Assembly: GCA_964449965.1 (NCBI GenBank)
Contig: CAYVEO010000001.1
Coordinates: 15,189 to 79,188, forward strand
From: an uncultured Planctomycetia bacterium
Lineage (GTDB): Bacteria; Omnitrophota; Gorgyraeia; CAYVEO01
Reading direction: 5' to 3'
DNA: 64,000 nucleotides
Shown here: positions 1 to 8,054 of the stretch, in pieces
Layout of the letters: each line of letters begins with the position of its first letter
Numbering within the stretch: position 1 is the stretch's first letter
The notes under the pieces: generated by a model
The model's database searches: none
What the model saw: only the letters and a program-made list of their open reading frames with translations
What the model was told of the DNA's origin: nothing
Made by a program: the position numbers and the translations under genes

Positions 1-829
1 CCATCTGGCTGATAGAAGCGGGATTGGATGTAGAATGGTCCTGAAGATTATTAATTGCCCCTGCTATCTCCTTAGGTGCACCAATATAGCCTATCCGCCA
101 CCCTGTCATCGCATAACTCTTAGAGACGCCATTCACAGTAATCGTCAGGTCATATATTGCCTTCCCGAGGGCACCTATAGAATGATGTTTATTATCTTCA
201 TAGACGAGTTTTTCGTATATCTCATCACTGAGGACATAGATACCTTCACCCTTTGCTATTTCACATACCATCTTAATCTCATCTAAAGAATAGACACACC
301 CTGTAGGATTAGACGGACTATTTAATATAATCACCCGCGTATTCTCTGATATGGCTGCAAGGAGCATCTTTTCCGTAAGTTTAAAATTATTCTCCTGGAG
401 TGTATCAACTATCACAGGTGTAGCCCCTGTCAATTTTACCATCTCAGGATAACTCACCCAATAAGGCGATGGGATAATCACCTCATCCCCTTCTTCACAT
501 AATACCTGAAGGACATTATATATGGAATGCTTTGCGCCGCATGATACTACAATCTGGGATGGCTCATAATTTAGGTTATTATCTTTCTGGAATTTCTCTA
601 CTATTGCCTTTTTCAATTCTGGTATCCCGGTGCTTGGCGTATATTTGGTATTCCCTTTATTTATCGCGTTAATGGCAGCCTCTTTGATATGTTCCGGCGT
701 ATCAAAATCAGGTTCGCCAGCACCGAAACTAACCACATCTATACCAGATTCCCTCATCTTCTTAGCCCTGGAAGTAATACCCAATGTGGCAGACGGCGCT
801 ATATCTATAACCCTTTTCGCAAGTCTCAT
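1..829 (-). CDS. class I (aspartate/aromatic) aminotransferase, PLP-dependent; 3' end runs off window
   Basis: Minus-strand ORF not in the track because it is partial. ATG at 827-829 (rc) with AGGAGG 8 nt upstream. Translates MRLAKRVIDIAPSATLGITSRAKKMRESGIDVVSFG... and further on ...VNGVSKSYAMTGWRIGYIGAP, the PLP-lysine region of class I aminotransferases. Confidence 0.75.
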   Translation of the reverse strand, partial: MRLAKRVIDIAPSATLGITSRAKKMRESGIDVVSFGAGEPDFDTPEHIKEAAINAINKGNTKYTPSTGIPELKKAIVEKFQKDNNLNYEPSQIVVSCGAKHSIYNVLQVLCEEGDEVIIPSPYWVSYPEMVKLTGATPVIVDTLQENNFKLTEKMLLAAISENTRVIILNSPSNPTGCVYSLDEIKMVCEIAKGEGIYVLSDEIYEKLVYEDNKHHSIGALGKAIYDLTITVNGVSKSYAMTGWRIGYIGAPKEIAGAINNLQDHSTSNPASISQM

Positions 830-901
830 CTCTACTTTTACCTCCTGTTTTACTTAACTATATCAAATCCATTACAATAAGTCAATAATTTTTTGCACGC
901 C

Positions 902-938
902 TAAAAAATACCCCGTCAGATTTTGTTATCTAACGGGG
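902..938 (-). terminator. Rho-independent terminator after the Spy-like gene
   Basis: On the minus strand: CCCCGT-(16 nt loop)-ACGGGG followed by TATTTTTTAGG, immediately downstream of the stop at 961. Confidence 0.55.
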
Positions 939-960
939 TAAGGGAACTTTCTATATGTAT

Positions 961-1605
961 TTACTGCTCAGGCTCCATACCTTCAGGTGATGGAATATCT
1001 AACCCTTCTTTTTCCATAGGCTTAGGTGTTGGAATATTTGCTCCTTCTCTTTCCTTGAATCGTCCATCACGGGCATGTCCTATCATCTTTCTAATATCTT
1101 TCTGGAAATCCTCTGCAAATAGTATATATTTCGCCTGTTGTTCTACACTTAATACACCCTCAAGATATTTGATTAAGGTCTCATCCTGGTCCTTTATTGA
1201 CACGGCCAGATTCTTTATATTTTCCACGGATTTTTTTACGTCTTCTTCGTGAGCACCAGAATCAATCAATTCCCTCAAGTTCTGTATAGCCTCTATCTTC
1301 TTTTTTTGCAGGACTTTCTTTTCCCTTTCAATTTGTCCTATCTTTGTAAATACCTTAATGGACTGTTCTTCCGAAAGATTCAATGCCTCAGTCATCTTTA
1401 CGATACGCAGCGACTCTATAAGTTTTTCTATTTCTCCCCTATCCTTCCCTGCCCATCTATCCCTGACAGATTTTCTTTCCTTTAATCCTTCCCTCTCTCC
1501 CTGCTCCTGAGCAAATGTCTTGCCCATAGACATTCCCCAAAATCCAACTACAAGAAAAATACAAACCGATACAAACAAAACCCTTCTCATACCAATCACC
1601 TCCAT
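961..1605 (-). CDS. periplasmic LTXXQ-motif protein (Spy/CpxP-like stress chaperone family), signal peptide
   Basis: N-terminal signal peptide (MRRVLFVSVCIFLVVGFWGMSMG). Charged, helical, Lys/Glu-rich body with LSEEQ (an LTXXQ-type motif). Lies downstream of the sigma/anti-sigma pair. Confidence 0.45.
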   Translation of the reverse strand: MEVIGMRRVLFVSVCIFLVVGFWGMSMGKTFAQEQGEREGLKERKSVRDRWAGKDRGEIEKLIESLRIVKMTEALNLSEEQSIKVFTKIGQIEREKKVLQKKKIEAIQNLRELIDSGAHEEDVKKSVENIKNLAVSIKDQDETLIKYLEGVLSVEQQAKYILFAEDFQKDIRKMIGHARDGRFKEREGANIPTPKPMEKEGLDIPSPEGMEPEQ

Positions 1606-1621
1606 TTTTTAGATTGCCACC

Positions 1622-2260
1622 CTATGACCTCAATTCCCTTAATAGATTAACCCTTAATACATCCCTTTCCTCTTCACTTAATTCGTCTAACAATGGCACT
1701 ATGTCCCCATTCTCATGAGATATGAGTCCGTTTACGTTACTTATCTCATAAACAATATTCATGGTCAGGTATTCCTTCGCTTCAGAGTTTTCCTCTAATT
1801 CATCTAAAAGGTCTCCTTCTCCATTATCTACCCAGACATACCCTTCCGTATCCATTGTATTATCAGGGAGGGTATATTTAACCTTCTTTGGAAGATATAT
1901 GCTAAATGCTATGCTTATAAGTAAAATAAATAATGCAATTGAACTTGCCAGTCTTGGAAGTTTTAATTGCCATGGTATCGGATGGTATTCTGGTAAGATG
2001 TTTCTTTCAAGAGTTGACCCTTCCTCTAACCTCTTGCGGAAATTAGTGACATAATTGTCCCAGAAACTATCAGGTAATTCAGGGTCTTTGAGTCCCCTCA
2101 CCTTTTCTAAAACCTCTTTGATATTATCATGGTAAGATTTACATTTATTGCATTTCAAGAGGTGCCCTTTTACTAATTGTGCCCCTTCTTCTTTTAGGCT
2201 ATTCTCAAGGTAGTCAACTAAAAGTCTCTTTATTCTTTTGCATCTTCTATTTAACAACAT
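1622..2260 (-). CDS. anti-sigma factor, zf-HC2 type, single-pass membrane protein
   Basis: N-terminal HLLKCNKCKSYHD putative zinc-finger motif. Central transmembrane segment (LASSIALFILLISIAFSIYL). Overlaps the sigma-factor stop by 14 nt. Confidence 0.6.
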   Translation of the reverse strand: MLLNRRCKRIKRLLVDYLENSLKEEGAQLVKGHLLKCNKCKSYHDNIKEVLEKVRGLKDPELPDSFWDNYVTNFRKRLEEGSTLERNILPEYHPIPWQLKLPRLASSIALFILLISIAFSIYLPKKVKYTLPDNTMDTEGYVWVDNGEGDLLDELEENSEAKEYLTMNIVYEISNVNGLISHENGDIVPLLDELSEEERDVLRVNLLRELRS

Positions 2261-2795
2261 CTTTTAAATACTCCCTGAGTTTGTTAACCGCATGAAAATA
2301 ATTTGCCTTAGCAGCCCCTACAGATATGCCCATAACCCTGGAAATATCATCGTAACGCAAATCATCAAAAATCCTCATCATAAAGACAGTCTTCTGCCTA
2401 ATGGGTAACCTATCCACCGCCTGATTTATATTGCCATTCAACTGTGCGGATTCAAAAGAATCCCTTGGGTTACTCCATCTATCGGTTGATTCTAATATCA
2501 CCTTATCCATATCCACTTTCTCATAATGAGACTCTCTTTTGATATGATTTATAGACAGGTTGATTGTTATCCTATAAAGCCACGTATATAGACTTGAACT
2601 TCTGTTAAAATATCTAATGGATTTATAAGCCCTTATAAATACCTCTTGAGAAATGTCCATAGCGTCCTCGTGATTTTTTACCATACGGTATGCCGCATAG
2701 TAGATACGTTTCTTATGTCTCTCTACTATTTCGTTAAATGCCCCTTCGTCGCCATCAAGGAAGGATTCTATAAGTTCAGCATCTGCCTTATCCAT
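2247..2795 (-). CDS. ECF (sigma-70 family) RNA polymerase sigma factor; track ORF extends to 2885 but the likely start is the ATG at 2793-2795
   Basis: MDKADAELIESFLDGDEGAFNEIVERHKKRIYYAAYRMV (region 2), then region 4 HTH (YDDISRVMGISVGAAKANYFHAVNKLRE). The GGAAGG RBS precedes the internal ATG. The 30-aa N-terminal extension in the track has no sigma-like sequence. Confidence 0.8.
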   Translation of the reverse strand: MDKADAELIESFLDGDEGAFNEIVERHKKRIYYAAYRMVKNHEDAMDISQEVFIRAYKSIRYFNRSSSLYTWLYRITINLSINHIKRESHYEKVDMDKVILESTDRWSNPRDSFESAQLNGNINQAVDRLPIRQKTVFMMRIFDDLRYDDISRVMGISVGAAKANYFHAVNKLREYLKDVVK

Positions 2796-2895
2796 ACGGA
2801 TTCTTTTCCTTCCCTCTTCTATCTTATTAGACAATAAAAGATAAAAAAGGTTTAATGCTACTATAAAATAATGGGACAGTCCCATTCTACCGCTT

Positions 2896-3228
2896 TCAGC
2901 CGGTAAATTGGGACAGTCCCCCTTTGCTTAATTTTTTCTCTATGTTCAACAATTCTTTCTTGAGGTCCAGCCCAAGACTGAATCCTCCCAAGGAACCCGG
3001 TTTTGAGGATACTACCCTGTGGCATGGAATGAGAAGGGGTAATGGATTCTTCCTTAGTGCCTGGCCAACTGCACGTGCGGCATTGGGCTTGCCTATTTTC
3101 TTCGCAATCCATTTATATGAGCGTGTTTGTCCGAAAGGTATGCTTAAGGCAGCCATATAGACATTTCGCTCAAAAGGGGTTATCTTGGCGAGTTTGTTCC
3201 AGTCTATGGGTATTTTTGTTTTTTTCAT
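2896..3228 (-). CDS. ogt: methylated-DNA-protein-cysteine methyltransferase (MGMT/Ogt), short single-domain form
   Basis: Active-site motif LIPCHRVV with the Cys retained (not the Trp of alkyltransferase-like proteins), then GGxxLGxxxKxxLLxxE. 110 aa; no N-terminal domain. Confidence 0.8.
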   Translation of the reverse strand: MKKTKIPIDWNKLAKITPFERNVYMAALSIPFGQTRSYKWIAKKIGKPNAARAVGQALRKNPLPLLIPCHRVVSSKPGSLGGFSLGLDLKKELLNIEKKLSKGGLSQFTG

Positions 3229-3256
3229 AACGGCAAGGGGACAGTCCCCGGTGTTC

Positions 3257-4687
3257 CTATTTATTGAAGTATTCTTTAATATTCCGGGCGGATTTTTTAT
3301 TCATGCCTGCTACCCTTGTCAGGCTCTCTATATCAGCATTCTTTATATTCTCAATAGAGCCAAAGTATTTTACCAGATTTACTTTTCTCTCCTTTCCAAT
3401 CCCTGGTATATTATCTAACTCCGACTCCATCGGGATTTTGCTTCTTAAGCCCCTATGGTAGGTTATAGCAAATCTGTGAGCCTCATCCCGTATTCTCATG
3501 ATAAGGTGTAATACCCTGGAATTGGGTGGCAGGATTATAGGGGATGGCTTATCTTTTAAAAATATTGTCTCATGACCTTTGGCTATACCGATAACAGGGA
3601 CAGTTTTTAGATTTAACTTGTTCAACTCTTCACAGGCAGATGAGAGATGCCCCTTACCCCCGTCAATGATTATGAGGTCAGGTAAATCCAGCCCTTCTTC
3701 TGTTGACAGACGAGACGTCTGTCCTACCAATATTCTCTTATACCTCCTGTGCACCACCTCTTTCATCATGGCGTAATCATCTATCCCTTCTACCCATTTT
3801 ATTTTGAATTTCCTGTACCTGCCCCTGTCAGGTTTTCCATTGAGGAATGTCACCATTGACCCTACAGCCTCTTTTCCATATATATCAGAGATATCAAATG
3901 CCTCAATCCTCCTTGGAGCCCTGGGTAAACTTAGCACCGCTTTGAGTTCTTCTGTTTCATCTATTGCCCTGTATCTTTGTGCCCTGGTAACGATAGTAGT
4001 CAATGCCTTTATCTGGTCCCTTATCCGGGCAGCCTTTTCATACTCTAATTGTAAAGCCATGCTGTTCATCTTCTTAAAAAGATATTTCAAGAGTTCCTCT
4101 TTCTTCCCTTCTAAGAACAGGCAGGCGTGTCTAACAATCTCATTATAATCCTCTTCTAAAATCTTGCCAACGCAAGGACCTGCACATAATCCTATGTGAT
4201 AATCCAGACATGCTGTTTTACATATAGACGGACATGCCCTTATAGGGAATACCTTTCTGAGCATCTTAACAGATTTTCTTAAGAGTTTGGCATCTGTCCA
4301 TGGCCCATAGTATTTAGCCCCGTCATCTCTTTTACCTCTTGTTACGAATATCCGAGGGAGGCGTTCGTTGGTTGTAATCTTAATTAGCGGATAACTCTTA
4401 TCGTCCTTTAGCGCTGCATTGTACCGGGGACTATGTTCCTTGATGAGACTTGCTTCAAACAATAGTGCCTCTGCCTCAGAGCCTGTCCTGATTACCTCAA
4501 TGTCACTGATACAAGAAACTAATTTATCTAATTTCGTAGATAGTTTTCGTGAGGCATAAAAGTATGAGGAAACCCTCTTTTTTAAAGACGATGCCTTACC
4601 TATATAGATTATCCCGCCTGTCTTATCTTTCATTAAGTATACGCCGGGTGAGTCGGGTAATTCTTTTATCGTCTCTTTAAGAGCCAT
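3257..4687 (-). CDS. uvrC: excinuclease ABC subunit C (short, 476 aa)
   Basis: GIY-YIG N-terminus (GVYLMKDKTGGIIYIGKASSLKKRVSSYF), UVR helix, RNase H-like endonuclease region and C-terminal HhH (NIPGIGKERKVNLVKYFGSIENI). Confidence 0.85.
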   Translation of the reverse strand: MALKETIKELPDSPGVYLMKDKTGGIIYIGKASSLKKRVSSYFYASRKLSTKLDKLVSCISDIEVIRTGSEAEALLFEASLIKEHSPRYNAALKDDKSYPLIKITTNERLPRIFVTRGKRDDGAKYYGPWTDAKLLRKSVKMLRKVFPIRACPSICKTACLDYHIGLCAGPCVGKILEEDYNEIVRHACLFLEGKKEELLKYLFKKMNSMALQLEYEKAARIRDQIKALTTIVTRAQRYRAIDETEELKAVLSLPRAPRRIEAFDISDIYGKEAVGSMVTFLNGKPDRGRYRKFKIKWVEGIDDYAMMKEVVHRRYKRILVGQTSRLSTEEGLDLPDLIIIDGGKGHLSSACEELNKLNLKTVPVIGIAKGHETIFLKDKPSPIILPPNSRVLHLIMRIRDEAHRFAITYHRGLRSKIPMESELDNIPGIGKERKVNLVKYFGSIENIKNADIESLTRVAGMNKKSARNIKEYFNK

Positions 4688-6225
4688 AGTAATAATTCCT
4701 TAGTCTCCTGGACCCTGAAAATAAAAGAGGCTAATAAGAATGCCGCAATGCCTGCCGGTATTGACACTGCAAGACCTGCTATCTTATTTTGTGATAGGAT
4801 TAGACATGCCGCACCCATTATCAGGCTGGAAAGCAGTATACGAACAAATGAATCAAGAAGTTTCATCCCCCCAAGATTACCTATTTTCTTTCTCAATAAC
4901 ATGAACAGCATAGAGAAGTTTATCATACTTGAAATACTTGATGCCAATGCCAGTCCTCCTATTTTCAAAGGATTCATCAGGAGCAGGCTCAATACCACGT
5001 TGATAATTAATGCGAACGCAGCTGTCTTAACAGGGGTCATCGTATCCTGGAGAGAATAAAATACGGGGACAAGTAAATTTACCCCTGTAAATGCAAATAG
5101 ACCCATAGAATAATAGAATAAGGCAGAAGATGTTATGCCGGTTGAATAACTGTTAAACGCCCCCCTTTCAAATAAGACATGAGTAATCTCACGACCCAGT
5201 ACCATAAGGCCTATACTTGCGGGGATGGTAATAAATAAGACCGCCCTTAATGAAAAGAGCAGTGTGTTCTTTAGTTTTTCCATATCATTCCTTGCCGCAT
5301 GGATGGACATTTGAGGGAATGCAGCCGTAGCAATGGATATACCAAATACAGCCATAGGCAGTTGAAATATCCTGTTGGCATAATACAGGGCAGCAACGCC
5401 CCCCTCTCCTACGATAGAGCCAAAAGAGGCTAAAGCCGAACTTATAAATACGTTAAGTTGATAAACACACGAACCTATCCCCCTCGGTATCAATAGAAGA
5501 CCTATCCTTTTGGCTGCCGGATGATAAAGTTTCATACTCGGTCTTAAATCCATACCCTTTTTCCGCAGGATAGGAATCTGAATGATAAGTTGGACAACCC
5601 CTCCGAGAAGGACGCCTATTGCCAGCCCCATTGCCCCTATCTTATATTTCTGGCATAGTAACAAGGCAGATAGTATCAAAAATATATTGAACAGGCAAGG
5701 TCCAATGGCAGGGATAGAAAAATATTTCAATGAGTTAAGTATACCGCTGCCATACGCAGTCAAACCCACTAAAAGGAGGTACGGGAACATCACCTGTGTG
5801 AGTCTGACTGTAAGATGAAATTTTTCAGGGTCACTGACAAAACCGGGGGCGATAAGGCGGACTATTACAGGTGAAATGAGTATACCAACTATGCTTATAC
5901 TTGCCAATATAACGAGCATCAGATTCATAAGGACATTGGCAAGTTCCCAGAATTCCTTCTTATCTTTCTTTGTAAGATACTCTGCAAAGACCGGGATAAA
6001 TGCGGCATTGGTAGCACCCTCACCCACAATGTCTCTTAATAGATTGGGGATTCTGAACGCCTGGAAAAAAGCCTGTGCAGGAGAACCTGTTCCGAAAAGC
6101 CGGGCAATTATCATATCCCTGACATAACCGAGTATACGACTTGCCATTGTCCCAATGGCTATTACGCCTGCCGACTTAGCGATGGATTTGTTACTAAAAG
6201 AATCTTTTTTATTGACAATTTGCAT
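4666..6225 (-). CDS. murJ: lipid II flippase MurJ/MviN
   Basis: 519 aa, polytopic. N-terminus AGVIAIGTMASRILGYVRDMIIARLFGTGSPAQAFFQAFRIPNLLR is the MurJ signature region. Confidence 0.85.
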   Translation of the reverse strand: MQIVNKKDSFSNKSIAKSAGVIAIGTMASRILGYVRDMIIARLFGTGSPAQAFFQAFRIPNLLRDIVGEGATNAAFIPVFAEYLTKKDKKEFWELANVLMNLMLVILASISIVGILISPVIVRLIAPGFVSDPEKFHLTVRLTQVMFPYLLLVGLTAYGSGILNSLKYFSIPAIGPCLFNIFLILSALLLCQKYKIGAMGLAIGVLLGGVVQLIIQIPILRKKGMDLRPSMKLYHPAAKRIGLLLIPRGIGSCVYQLNVFISSALASFGSIVGEGGVAALYYANRIFQLPMAVFGISIATAAFPQMSIHAARNDMEKLKNTLLFSLRAVLFITIPASIGLMVLGREITHVLFERGAFNSYSTGITSSALFYYSMGLFAFTGVNLLVPVFYSLQDTMTPVKTAAFALIINVVLSLLLMNPLKIGGLALASSISSMINFSMLFMLLRKKIGNLGGMKLLDSFVRILLSSLIMGAACLILSQNKIAGLAVSIPAGIAAFLLASFIFRVQETKELLLWLLKRR

Positions 6226-6240
6226 CTTATATGGTATGCT
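6212..6240 (+). promoter_or_regulatory. sigma70-type promoter of rpsT (TTGACA-N17-TATGCT); the -35 lies inside the first codons of the divergent murJ
   Basis: TTGACA at 6212-6217, 17-nt spacer, TATGCT at 6235-6240, then AGGAGG RBS at 6255-6260 and ATG at 6268. Confidence 0.5.
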
Positions 6241-6267
6241 ATCACCCTATAGATAGGAGGTAATTAA

Positions 6268-6534
6268 ATGCCAATCCAAAAGGCATCATTTAAGAGTTTA
6301 AGGCAAAGCAAAAAAAGACACCTGAGAAACCTGGCGATAAAGTCCGAATTGAAGACAAAGACAAAAAAATTCATTGCCTCACTTACAGGCAGTGATACCC
6401 AGGCAGCAAAAACAGGGGCGCAAGAATTGATAAAAAGATTAAATAAGGCAAAATCAAAAGGCATAATTCATAAAAAGACAGCATCACGTAAGATATCCCG
6501 CATTATGAAAAAAGTCAGCAAGCTTGCTGCTTGA
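6268..6534 (+). CDS. rpsT: 30S ribosomal protein S20
   Basis: 88 aa, very basic. KKRHLRNLAIKSELKTKTKKFIASL...AKSKGIIHKKTASRKISR is typical S20. The only convincing plus-strand gene in the window. Confidence 0.9.
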   Translation: MPIQKASFKSLRQSKKRHLRNLAIKSELKTKTKKFIASLTGSDTQAAKTGAQELIKRLNKAKSKGIIHKKTASRKISRIMKKVSKLAA

Positions 6535-6579
6535 ATTAAGCCGACCAAGGTCGGCAACTACAATATTTTGAAATTCCTG
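6535..6579. repeat. 45-nt conserved intergenic hairpin element, copy 1 (6-bp stem plus CAAG/CUUG tetraloop, then AACTACAATATTTTGAAATTCCTG)
   Basis: Near-identical to 32643-32687. The only internal differences are a compensatory pair in the stem (GCCGAC/GTCGGC here, GCCGAG/CTCGGC there) and one flanking A/G. Confidence 0.7.
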
Positions 6580-6582
6580 CTA

Positions 6583-7527
6583 TTAAGTTATAGTACAAAG
6601 ATTTATTATTAACCACTCCATTGCGACATTCTCAGGTATCCGGCTTGTTTTAAGGAAAGAGTCTACGCTTAACAGGATTTCCAATTTTCTTTCTATTTCT
6701 CCTTTATGAAGATTCCTTGCCTGTCTTATGAATTCAGGAAATCGTTCTCTCTTCATCCACAATACCCTGCTAATACTATCAACCGAATATCCTTTACTCA
6801 ACATATAAGAAGCTATGTATAGCCTTCTTATATGCCATGCGATTAAACCTATGGTCTCATGCGGCTTTTTCCCTTCTCGCGCCAGTAATAAAGAAATCTT
6901 TAATGCAGCCTGAACATCGTTCTTTCCTATAGCATCTCCCAGGTCAAATATATTATCAATGCCGCCCTCTACTACAACCTTTTCTATATCTTCCGCACTA
7001 ATCTCATCCCTTTCCCCGGTATAACAGGTCAATTTATCTATTTCATGAGAAATGGACTCTAAATCGTTAGGGGCAAATTCCTTCAGTGTCTCTATAGCAG
7101 TAGAAGATATACTCTTTCCCCTTGTTCTCACCTCACGGGATATCCACGAGTCTATTCCCGGTTTATTGAGCGGCTTGCAATCTATTGCCTTTGCATTTCT
7201 TATTGATGCAAACGACTTGTCTTTAAGGAATTCTTTCCCGCCTATCAAAACCATGCACGTGGTCTCTTTTAAAGAAGCACAGTATCCGGCTAACACTTCT
7301 CTGTCCTGTGCTCTTAATTTGTCTGCGTCCTTTACAACCACCATTCTCTTATCCGCCATAAATGGAAGGGTATTAGCGGCATCTAAAATATTAGAAATCC
7401 CGGCATCTTTTCCAAAAAAGATGTTGTAATTAAACTCCTTAAATTCACCCCCTATCAATTCCTTCTTGACTCTCTGAAATGCCTCTTCTTTTAGAAAATC
7501 CTCTTCCCCGCCGATGAGTATTACCAT
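6583..7527 (-). CDS. holA: DNA polymerase III delta subunit
   Basis: 314 aa. N-terminal DNA pol III delta fold (MVVVKDADKL...), downstream of lptE in the conserved lptE-holA arrangement. Confidence 0.7.
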   Translation of the reverse strand: MVILIGGEEDFLKEEAFQRVKKELIGGEFKEFNYNIFFGKDAGISNILDAANTLPFMADKRMVVVKDADKLRAQDREVLAGYCASLKETTCMVLIGGKEFLKDKSFASIRNAKAIDCKPLNKPGIDSWISREVRTRGKSISSTAIETLKEFAPNDLESISHEIDKLTCYTGERDEISAEDIEKVVVEGGIDNIFDLGDAIGKNDVQAALKISLLLAREGKKPHETIGLIAWHIRRLYIASYMLSKGYSVDSISRVLWMKRERFPEFIRQARNLHKGEIERKLEILLSVDSFLKTSRIPENVAMEWLIINLCTIT

Positions 7528-8054
7528 CCTTCAACTACCCTGTCTGCAATACGTCTTGCCAGGTCCTTTATAGCATCATCCACTGCCTGTGCCTCGCTCT
7601 TTGCAAGAGTTCCTGTGGCAAAATATGTCGTATCCCCTATCAGTCCCTCTTCAATCCACATAACTTCATTCTTCCTTGTATTCTTAAGGGTTATATCCAC
7701 AACCAGATTCAATCTGAATTCCTCCACGTTGCCGGCACTTGTGGTTCTGAGCGGCTGCCTTATAAAATCCTTCAGTTCCCCTGTAAGCAAGAGGTCGGCG
7801 TTCTTTTCCTTAACGACCTTCAGACTCCCATAATATATAAAGCGATTGATGACCGCATTGGTTATATCCACTTCTAATAGAGGTCTATATGTCCTGTAAC
7901 TATATCTATCGTATGACTCCTCCGTGATGGGAATTTTATTCACAAATGTCTCTATATGTATGGTCTTTATGTCCGGAGGAAAATTAGACCTTACCGTATA
8001 TCCGCAGCCAAAGAGTATAAAAGGCAATACAATGATTAAGAATTTATTTATCAT
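7521..8054 (-). CDS. lptE: LPS-assembly lipoprotein LptE; track start 8150, likely start at the ATG 8052-8054
   Basis: MINKFLIIVLPFILFGCGYTV gives a lipoprotein signal with a lipobox Cys. A GGGGGG RBS precedes the internal ATG. That start sits 10 nt after the upstream stop, whereas the track start would overlap by more than 100 nt. Gene order upstream-lptE-holA. Confidence 0.6.
   Translation of the reverse strand: MINKFLIIVLPFILFGCGYTVRSNFPPDIKTIHIETFVNKIPITEESYDRYSYRTYRPLLEVDITNAVINRFIYYGSLKVVKEKNADLLLTGELKDFIRQPLRTTSAGNVEEFRLNLVVDITLKNTRKNEVMWIEEGLIGDTTYFATGTLAKSEAQAVDDAIKDLARRIADRVVEGW

Noticed and set aside
6540-6555. Canonical intrinsic terminator for rpsT
   Set aside because: The hairpin is present, but it is followed by AACTACAAT and not a U-tract. 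The identical element occurs in a 5' leader elsewhere, so it is reported as a repeat family and not called as a terminator.
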